A stretch of 64,000 nt of DNA from Eledone cirrhosa (Eukaryota), in assembly GCA_964016885.1 (NCBI GenBank), contig OZ024741.1, forward strand, positions 139,872,001-139,936,000. The letters run 5' to 3'. Every line of letters begins with the position of its first letter. Position 1 is the first letter of the stretch. A program made the translations under genes and the position numbers. Below, piece after piece: positions 53,831 through 64,000 of the stretch. The notes beneath the pieces are model-generated. The model worked only from the letters and a program-made list of their open reading frames with translations. It was not told where the DNA came from and searched no databases.

Positions 53831-55560
53831 TATTTATTTATTTATTTATTTATTTATATAAATGTGTATATATTTATTTATATAAATGTGTAAATGTGTG
53901 TGTGTATGTAAAAGATAAACAGAAATAACAACACAATAGGTACAGTATATGGAAGGAATGTAGTAGTTTAACGCTTGAAATAGCGGAAAGAATGAGAAAT
54001 TAGAAGGATTGAAGGGATGGGTAGGGTGGAATCGGGAAACATGTTTTTAGAGAAAAATATCAGTTCCATTCATGTTGCAATCTCTTGGAAAACTGTTGAT
54101 GCTGGGGTTTTGTGTATGATATACTTTTATAGTGGATGATGAAGCGTTCTACCTGAAATGGAAAAAAAACATTTTCTGTATAGAGCTATACGTGTGCGCC
54201 TGCGTATATGTGTGTGTGTGTATGTGTGTGTGTGTGCGTCTGTACGTGTGTGTGTGTGTTATTATATGTCCGTACGAATCTAAGCGGATATGCGTGTGTA
54301 TATGTAAGTGAAAAAGTGTGTTTTCTTGTAAGTGCGAAGTTGTGAGCAAACGTATGTTGATAAAAGGGAGTGTGTGTGTATGTGTGTGTATATATATACA
54401 GAGCTGTGAAGGGAAGAGTAGAGGTGTGTGTACTTATTTTGTTGGTCTGTATCAGCTGTAAGAATATATGTCTCTGAACGTACATGTGTAATATGATGAC
54501 GAGGGCAATGGGTAGAGAAGTAAGCTCGAACCTATATGAGTAATAGTAAAAAAAAAGTAAGGAGGGGAGTTGAGTCAGGACCCAGGTGAAAAATCATACA
54601 TATAAATGTATATAGGTAATGTAGGAAGGTACATAGGCAATCTTCTTAAAAGTCCTTCATTGATATCCATTTGCTGTTAACGTTAAAGGACGCTGACCTC
54701 CTTCTTTTATAAAGCTACCGAAAGAAATACAGATGTCAACTGCACATTAAGACACACAGCGCTCTCCCTCGATAACAAACACACAGGGACACCTACACAC
54801 ACACACCAACACATGCACACGTACACAAACGTTATATATTTTTTCTGTCTAAATGTCAAAGTCTGTTCGTAATTTTCTTTGTCTGTATGTATTTCTTTAT
54901 TTATATCTCTGTATGATATGACCTTCACCGATGTCTTTTCACATTTAACATACATTATTAAGAGTAGCAACATCATGACCTTGGGTTATCTACTGAAAAC
55001 CTTTTTAGCAGATGAGAACACCCTATGCGAATATTATACTAGAAGGTCACAAATAATTCACAGACGATTCCATTTCCCTTATTGATATTGATCTATGTAT
55101 AGCTGTTTTTCTACCACATCTTATGATTTCTTATATTTTACATATTTTAATTTCTAGCTTGTGGCTAGGCAGGAGCATATCTATCATATTTCACCATGTA
55201 CATATTTTATCATATCCGGTCCTTATTTCATCAATCTCTTTTGTATATCTAACCGCTACGGCACACACACACACACACACATACACACACGCACACACTC
55301 ACATACACACACACACACACACAAACACACACATATATATATATGCCACACATATCGGACGTTGATTTTCGTTAATTCCTGAGCTGAAAACGATTCTCGC
55401 TAATTTATATTTGTATATATATATATATATATAGTAGAATAATCGAGTATCGAAAAATCGGCGCACGAGTTCACGATAAACAAAATTCGAGATGAGCGGC
55501 AGAGGGCTCCAGGGCTCGATGAGGAAAATATATATCAGATATATAAGAACCGAAGAGCAA

Positions 55561-55873
55561 ATATTTATTAAAATAACAGATTAAAGTTTAAGCAAAGAAT
55601 CGCTGCTTTCACCCTTAACGGGATCTTCTGAAACTAACAAAGTCAATTTTTCACCGCTCCTATTAATGACGTATTATTCGTTTTTTCCCATTCTTTGCCA
55701 GCGAACGTCACCATGAACCAAAGTATCGTCTTCCTGTCTTCCTCCGGTTGCAACGTTTTTTGAAATATCCAGTTCTGCGTTTACAGATTGACTTTGTTAG
55801 TTTCAGAAGATCCCGTTAAGGGTGAAAGCAGCGATTCTTTGCTTAAACTTTAATCTGTTATTTTAATAAATAT
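55561..55873. repeat. Perfect ~87-bp inverted repeat (55561-55647 and 55787-55873), PLE terminal-repeat-like
   Basis: Arms are exact reverse complements by eye. A related terminus is at 9745-9790. Confidence 0.92.
55783..55858 (+). ncRNA. Extended type I hammerhead with U4A core (inverted twin at 55576-55647)
   Basis: acagattga-ctttgtt-agttt CAGAAGA t-ccc-gttaa-ggg-t GAAA gca...tgc TT aaact-ttaatctgt. Stem I is 5+9 bp with a bulge. Confidence 0.68.
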
Positions 55874-55874
55874 A

Positions 55875-55910
<36 letters not shown>

Positions 55911-56115
55911 CATATATATGTAGATAAATCTACCAAAAGTTAACTTTTTGTAGATTTATCTACATAATTTGCTCCTATTTTCACGGAAATATTCGTATTT
56001 TTGTACTGTATATGTGTGTTAATTTTATATTTATGTATATACATATATATGTATGATTTTATAACCCCATATACATTTAGTTGAGCTCTTTCTATTGTCC
56101 ATTATCCATATCACA

Positions 56116-58565
56116 ATGGAAAAACAATACTTGGGAACTTCTTTAAAGAATATACCAATACCTTCTAAGGATGACCTCTTACTCCTTATGATACAGAAAA
56201 CTAACCAATTTATCAGAAGAGTTAGATGGAGGGCCTACCACTCCGATAAAAAATCTAAATATGCAGATAGGAAATATATGTATGATTTCACTACTTACAA
56301 GTATCCACCACACAACTCTCTACTTGAAGACTTTGAGAAAGACCTCTTTAATTTAATTAAACACCTCAAATTTAAGAGGTATAAATCTGTCTTTCAAAAA
56401 CACCTTGATTCTACCCTATTGGACCTAAAAAAGTCTAAAAAAATCCATGTCCACTCGGACAAAACTGGAAACTTGTATCACATGGATATTGAAAATTATA
56501 ATGAGTTCATATATAAAGAACTCAGGAAAAATTATAGAAAATCTAATAATGCGTCACTCACCAACATCAACAACAAAACACACAACATAGTAAATAAACT
56601 AAATATTGAAGATAGAACTGAACCGTTGGCATTGAAAAGACCACACTTCAACCTGAAGTATCATAAATCAAACTTTAACTCAAATCCTTCTATAAGACTT
56701 ATATGTCCCTCCAAATCTGATATTGGAATAATTAGCAAAAAAATTTTGGATAGAGTCATCCCACAAATAAGAAAACATGTTAATTTACCACTCTGGGAAA
56801 ACACTTCCCAGGTAATTAACTGGTTTAAAAGTATTAGATGTAAATCTTCTGCTTCATTTCTACAATTTGATATAGATAATTACTATTCTTCTATATCACC
56901 TATACTCCTGAACAAAGCTTTGATATTTGCTAAAAATAGATCTAACTTAACTTTGGATGACATTAATATTATTACACATGCTAGACTAACACTTATTGAA
57001 TTTCAGAATGAATACTGGACCAGAAACACATATAGTAATCTATTTGATATTACTATGGGTTCAAGCGATTCTGCCCAAATTACTGATCTTGTGGGCCTCT
57101 TTCTTCTTTTTAACATAAATGCGTCCTTTCCCCACCTTAAAGGTGGTTTATATCGTGTTGACTGTCTTCTTCTTTCCAACAACCTTAGCCTCTCAGAAAT
57201 AGAAAAAAACAAAAAACTTATTAGAACTTTCCTTAAAGACTATTATAGTATTCATATTACTTTTGAAAACACAAGTAAAGTAGTTAATTTCCTAGATATA
57301 ACTTTAGACTTAGCTACGGGTATCTACCAACCTTACCATAAACCCAACCAAAACTTACACTACATACACTCACAATCTAATCACCCCAAATCTATCCTTA
57401 AAAACCTTGCATATAATATATCACTTAGAATTTCTAACCTTTCGTCTAACCAAGATGTATTTGATAAAAATGCGACCTTCTATAACGAAGCTCTAGATAG
57501 AAGTGGCCACAAAAATAGATTGGAATATATACCTTCTACTAAAAACACTATAAACATACAACCTAATATTACCAACAAACACCAAATGAAAAGTACACAC
57601 CTAAATGCCACTCACACTATACCCCAAAATACCAACATAAAACCAATTTTCTCTAACTCCTCTAATATAAAGTATAGTAACTCTCAAAAAACTACTCATC
57701 ACACAACTCTAATAAATGTTAATAATAAAACTCCTAATAAACAAGATAAAACACCTAAATCAATAAATCTAACTAAAAATGTGCGTGGTGAGGTCATTAA
57801 TATTAATCCTCCTAGTAAACATCACGATGCAACCTATAAAAATAATAAACAACATAGAAACCGTAATAGACGAGTTACTTGGTATAATGCTCCATTTAAT
57901 TTACAAATTAAGGATAATATTGCTAAAAATATTTGTTATATCCTAGAGAAAAACTTCCCGCCAAACCACAAATACCATCAAATCTTAGATCAACAGTTAA
58001 ATTCTCATACTCAACAACCAAAAACATAAAACAAAATATAAGTGCCTATAATGCATATAAATGTAAAAATGCCATAAGTATACCACCGATACATCAAACT
58101 AACCATAATATCTCCTCAAATACAGAATTAACGAAAGGTTGTAACTGTAGAAACAAAGCAAACTGCCCATTAAAAGGAAATTGTCTTGTTAACAACATAG
58201 TTTATAAATGTAAAGTTAAAACTAAAGATTCTATTTGCTCATATATAGGAGCTACTTCTAACAATATTAAGGTAAGGTTTAATACCCACAAACATAGTTT
58301 TAAAAATGCCGCACTGGCTAATACAATATCTCTAGCAGAAAAAATTAATAGTTATAGAAATAAGAATATAGAATATGATATGACCTGGAGTGTGCTCAAA
58401 AGAGCCACCCCTTATCAAAATAATAGAAATGAATGTAGATTGTGTTCCCAAGAACTATTTGAAATAATGAAATCTAAGGATATCCTATTAAATAAGCGAC
58501 AGGAATTAATTATATCGTGTAATCATAAACTGAGAAAAACTTTTAAATATTATAAACCTAATTAA
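56116..58565 (+). pseudogene. Near full-length Penelope-like RT-GIY-YIG ORF, inactivated
   Basis: SLKNIPIPSK, SDKTGN, RLICPSKSDIG, FLQFDIDNYYSSI, ITMGSSDSAQ, GLYRVD (YRDD expected), VNFLDITLDL, WYNAPF. A frameshift at ~57985 leads into CNCRNKANCPLKGNC, IVY..YIG, CRLC, LNK. Confidence 0.93.
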
Positions 58566-59400
58566 TAATATATATTTTAGAAATTAATATATAATTTAAT
58601 TTAAATGTAGTTTAATTTAATTAAATTCTACTACAGATGAGATTAAAAAATATTGTGTAATCATAAATTGTGAAAAACTTTTAAATATTATTAACATAAT
58701 TAATATATACTTTGGAAATAAATTTATAGATTAATTTTAGTTTATTTAACCTTTTATTAAAATTCTTTTACAGATGAAATATAACAAAATATCGTGTAAT
58801 CAATAACAGAGAAATACTTTTTAATATTATAAACCTAATTAATGTACAATTTAGAAATTAATTTATAAATTAATTCTAATTTAGTTAACCTATAATTTTA
58901 ATTTAGTTAGCTTAAAATTAAAATTCTAATACAGATGGATTGCAGAATATCATGTAATCATAAACTGTGAAAAACTCTTAAATATATACCTAATTAATAT
59001 ATTCTTTACAAATAAATATATAGATTAATTTTAATTTTTATTAACCTATAATTATATTCTACTATAGATAAAATAGAAAATCTGCTTTAATTATTATAAA
59101 CCTAATTAACATATACTATAGAAATTAATATATAATTTTTAGTTTAGTTAACCTATAATTTATATTCTACTACCGATGAAATACTTGATTTGGTTTTCCC
59201 TATTACTAAATTCATTTCCTAAAATTGATACCATAATGTTAATATTTTTAATTTAGTTATGCTATAATTAATACTCTACTACTGTTTAACTTCAAAATTC
59301 CGCTTTAAATATTATAAACCTAAGTAGTATACACCTTAGAAATCAATATATTAACTATTTTTAATTTAGTTAACCTATAATTAATAGTCTACTTATATTA
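58512..59400 (+). repeat. Degenerate ~140-160 bp tandem array derived from the PLE ORF 3' end
   Basis: ATATCGTGTAATCATAAACTG...TTTAAATATTATAAACCTAATTAA recurs at ~58512, 58650, 58789 and 58947, and partially at ~59085 and ~59303. Confidence 0.85.
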
Positions 59401-59569
59401 AAATGCATAATTTTGCCTTCTTTCTTACATTTCCTAATACTGAAACTATTATGTAAACACATATTATGATCTAAATGCAGATTAATATTCTATGTTCCTC
59501 CAAACCTATATTTACTATTTCCCACTAATAATTTTAATCCCCCCCCCCCTATAATTATTCGGAATTGTA

Positions 59570-59825
59570 AGCGTGGATGTATGTATGTTATGTAAGTATG
59601 TATGTATGTTTGGGTGTTTGTATGTGAGTATAAAAATACATATGTGCGCATGTAAATAAGTGTGTATGATTGTATATATATGTATATATATATGTATATA
59701 TGTATATATATATATATATGTATATATTTGTGTATGTATGTATGTGTATGTGTGTATATATATTTGTAGAGATGTGTGTATGTATGTGTATATATGTGCA
59801 TAATTGTCTGACTGTGTGTATTTAT

Positions 59826-59877
<52 letters not shown>

Positions 59878-60334
59878 ATGTGTGTGTGTATATATATTTA
59901 TATGTATGTATATATCTATATGTGTGTATGTGTGTGTGTATATATATTTATATGTATGTATATATCTATATATATATATATGTGTATGTATATCTCTATA
60001 TTTATGTATGTCTGAGTTGTGTGTGAGCGTGTGGTTGTATGTGTGTATATATATACATGGATATATGTATGTGTATGTATATATACGTATATGTATGTGT
60101 GTGTGTGTATATATATGTGCGTGTATGTATATATATATGTGTGTATATATATATATGTATATATATGTGTGTATATATATATGTATGTGTATGTATGTGT
60201 GTATGTGTGTGTACATATATGTGTATATATATGTGTGTTGTGAGTATATGTATATATATATGTGTGTATGTATGTGTATGAGTATGTTTATATATGTATA
60301 TGTATATGTCTCTATATATATGTATGTGTATATA

Positions 60335-60381
<47 letters not shown>

Positions 60382-60810
60382 CGGTGTGTATTTTATGTAT
60401 GAGTATATATTTTACTTGTTTATTTCTTTTAATATATTTCTTTTTATTTCTAAATTTATAGATACATTTTATAAATAGGCTGTGTTTGACACCCTCTGTA
60501 ATTACTGACTCCCTTTACCTATTTTTAGTTCTGCATCTAGATGTAAGTATATGTGGCAGTGTTTATGTGTGCGCCCCAATATCCATATAGTTATCATAAT
60601 AATATATACGTATGTATGTGTGTGTGTGTGTGTATGTGTGTGTGTGTGTGTATGTTCGCGGGTATGTGTATGTTTATATGTATATGCGCGTGTGTGTGTG
60701 TGTATGTTCGTGGGTATGTGTATGTTTATATGTATATGCGCGTGTGTGTGTATGAATGTATGTATATGTGTATATATATGAGTGTATATATGTATGTATA
60801 CATATGTGTA
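59570..60810. repeat. Degenerate (TG/TA)n low-complexity region
   Basis: Seen directly. Confidence 0.9.
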
Positions 60811-61249
60811 TTTTGTCTGTAGATTATAAACATACAGAGACATTAGCCCTGAATTTTTGTATTTACATACATTTTTTCGACATGCGTATACATGTGAACA
60901 TACATTTTTATGCATATCTGTGAACGAAGTTACTTACATATATACACACACCTAACTGTATTTTCTTGATATATTTTTGTGTATTTCATTGGTCTATTTG
61001 AACTCTGTTCCCAAACAGACCTGTAATTTTGAATTGTTGTTATTATCAATAAATATATTTCATTATATGTATGTGTTGGTATGTATATTCTATTTGATAG
61101 TTTGTATAATTTTGTATAATTTTGTACATAGATCTGTTAAAATGCATGCCAATTCTAACACATATATGTCCTAGAAACGATCGTTAAATAATGAACTTTT
61201 TTTGTTTAATATAAGGAACTGTTTCATTGTTTTATTCATTATTTTTTTA

Positions 61250-61315
<66 letters not shown>

Positions 61316-61322
<7 letters not shown>

Positions 61323-61493
61323 AAAAAAGATAATATATAAAATGCAACTGGAGTTTTTTTTTTAAATATATGTATTTATTTGGTTCCTTTACTATTCCAG
61401 GAGAACTGCAAAACCGATAAAGTAACCAAATAAATATATTTTTTTTTTAAAAGTCTCCAGTTGCATTTTCGATTTCATCTTTTTTCCTTATAC
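61316..61493. repeat. ~175-bp imperfect hairpin (MITE-like) at a (TA)n edge
   Basis: TATAAGGAAAAAAGAT..AAAATGCAACTGGAG..TATTTATTTGGTT pairs with AACCAAATAAATA..CTCCAGTTGCATTTT..ATCTTTTTTCCTTATA. Confidence 0.8.
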
Positions 61494-61540
61494 TTTCACT
61501 CGGATACCTCGGTTATTTTTCATTTCGTAAAAGAAACCTC

Positions 61541-61572
<32 letters not shown>

Positions 61573-61754
61573 GTCATATAGTAAGGTGGAATATTGGTTG
61601 TGTAAAAAGGTCCAATAACTATATGTTAGCAATATTAAGTTCTCAACGCTTTTGTATATCTCCAATTCCATTCGAGGGAACAGCTAGATGATTTAAAACG
61701 GAGTATAAGTATCAAAATGAAAATCCGAAGGCAAGGTAAAATTCCAATCATTTA

Positions 61755-61830
61755 ATCAAGACACATGTTTCAATAAGAGACAGATCGATTGTGAAGCACC
61801 GATCAATTATCACTGATCTCATCAGGTGAA
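61755..61830 (-). ncRNA. Minimal hammerhead motif (degenerate)
   Basis: rc: tcac CTGATGA gatcagtgata...gatcg..cgatc..ttatt GAAA catgtg TC ttga. Confidence 0.55.
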
Positions 61831-63141
61831 AATGAATGGTCTTCAAAGTACTTGATATGAGGGAGAAACAAACGATGTTACCTCACATAATTCATTCCCT
61901 CATATGGAGACACACCAATCAGTCAGAGATAAGGCGACTGCTATTAGCTTAAAATTGAGGTCACAAAGGTTTTCAGACTTCCATCGCTGCAGAAGACCCA
62001 GGACATCGAAACAAATCCGTAGGGATGCAGTCAGTCACAGTTAGAAGTAAGGGGATACACACACACTCCACACCCGCATACATCGGCTCGAGGTCAAATA
62101 AAAATAAAAATAAAAATAAACATAAAAATAAATACATATACACACAACAACACAGTATTAAACCCGCAGAATTAGCGTGGGTGGGCACACATACACCCCA
62201 ACACACACCCAAGCGACATTCGAGAAAAAGCATATATAAGAATGTACCAACACAGCAATCACCGAAACGTTAGTTCGTAAAGCAACAGAAATTATGTCGG
62301 TCAAATCTCAATTTGACGATGTAAATCGGAAATGTTAAGTTAACCAACGCTACACACACATACACACAGACACAAGCGCGTGCGCGCAAGTAAGTTCAGT
62401 TCAGTGTTCTGCTGTACGTGTAAAGATCCAATTGTAACATCAATATCTACAAGTGTGTGTTATGGTAAAAGGTATACACACATCCGAATTGTCCAAAAAG
62501 GGGGGGGGGGGGTGTTCGGGTATATACACATCCATGTGAAGAGCAAGCAATCAGCTCATGTCGAACTCCTTGTGTACCGATGTCCAGTTGAGAATCAAAA
62601 TAACCAAATCCGTGCGTGCAAGCAACTGCAGTGTGGGCCGGCAAAGGGCTCTATGTGGGGTTGGGTATAGGGTAAATGAGTCCGCAAGTGCGATCTCCCG
62701 CCACATGGGCCAATGAGCTTTTAAGATAATTGTTTGAGTGGTGGAGGTGTGTTATTCAGCATAGAAGGTGAAATAGGAAAATACAGGACAGTGAATGTGT
62801 GTAGGCCCATTAATGGTGTGTCAGTATCATTGTTCAATCCGTAACAATGAGTCCTCCATGGTTAGATGATCACGCATCAAAACATGGTGTAGAGTTCAGT
62901 CGGTAGGAACGTGACATTCGTAAATGTTGGAGCTCAATGTCTAAAGGAAGCGGGTAGTACTGCCGCCTAATTTCAATGCTGTTGGTACTAATAGAAACAG
63001 TCACCCAGGTACTAACACTGGCTCTGATCAACGTAACGCCAGCGGAAACTCTAGTTGTAACCTTAATTGTGGAACCGATAGAACTACCTTTGAACGCAGT
63101 ATGGAACGAGGGTCGAGTTGGGAGAATTGGGACATGTGTAG

Positions 63142-64000
63142 CAGACGCTTAGCTGATACAACCCAGCTATCGAGGGTAACCCCAATAGCCGCACGGGGGT
63201 TACACCGCCCTGGAGACTTGGGACGATTCCGAACACAATCGTGACACCCCTGGAAACCACCGACCTACAGGTAATTTCCAGTTACAATAGACTGGATACT
63301 ACTAGGGTGAGTGGTAATTCTAATATAGTTAGTAGGAACAGGAGGCATCGGACCAGAAAAGTCCTGTGGTTTTATCCCCCTTACTCCACTGGCCTGACCA
63401 CTAGTATAGCTAAGCTTTTCTTTAGGGCCTTAGACAATTGCTTCCCCAGATCGCACAGATATTATAAAATATTCAATAGAAATACTATCAAGTTGTCCTA
63501 CTCCACAACTAGTAACATAGCTCAGAATATAGCTCAGATGAATTTTAGTTGACTTATGACAGCCAATGAGGGATTTAGGCATGGCAGGAACAATGGCAGC
63601 TCTATTGAGGAACTGACTCATACACGTGAGGCGAGTCGGGTTGCCCCTACTCCGAGGAATTTATCCATAGAGCAGACTGGAACTGAGACCCGACCCCAAA
63701 GGTACCGTGGTCCTTCCAGAACCACCCAGATCGATAGCAGAAAATGCAACTGCAGAAGTACCGCCACCTGCCCCTTGGCTGGGAAATGCCTTACCAAAAA
63801 CATAGTCTACGACTGTAAGGTCTCCACTCCTGATAGAAATTTTAGGTATGTTGGGGCAACTGCCACTGAATTTAAGGGTAGATGGTATAATCACCGCCAT
63901 ACATTTAATAGATTAGATAAGAAAAATAGCACGGCACTTTCGGAATTAGTCTGGAAGCTTAAACTTCAGAATATAGAGCACTCCTTATCCTGGTCCATAA
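63142..64000 (+). pseudogene. PLE linker + GIY-YIG fragment (A-like clade, distinct family), running off the window
   Basis: RKVLWFYPPYS..IKLSYSTT, one in-frame TGA (63550), then in the same frame CNCRSTATCPLAGKC, IVY..YVG, RWYNHRHTF, STALSELVW. Confidence 0.88.

Noticed and set aside
62280-63000. Possible PLE coding remnant upstream of the 61755 HHR (minus strand)
   Set aside because: No convincing RT or EN motif could be read by eye.

Overview
This is an AT-rich, microsatellite-dense eukaryotic genomic window. The abundant tRNA-derived SINE resembles octopod repeats, so a cephalopod source is likely; that is inferred from repeat recognition only. I can support just one host exon: a 135-bp phase-1 exon (22816-22950, +) of a GABA-A-like Cys-loop ligand-gated ion channel, which suggests much of the window is intronic. 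The rest is dominated by Penelope-like retroelements (PLEs; RT plus C-terminal GIY-YIG) of several families, sitting in (TA)n tracts with inverted terminal repeats. There are also RTE LINE remnants, Helitrons, a hAT MITE and SINEs. The main hidden signal is about 17 type I hammerhead-ribozyme (HHR) motifs in PLE termini and in small orphan islands. They include non-canonical cores: a compensated U3-A8 pair in two unrelated families, a U4A core, and U-U or bulged 10.1/11.1 positions. Seven full motifs are sense to the presumed channel pre-mRNA, and two of them bracket the exon. Other signals are a triplicated 14-mer at a PLE inversion junction, cross-family PLE chimeras and many long inverted repeats. 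Most ORFs in the supplied track are microsatellite artefacts. All folds and alignments were done by eye.
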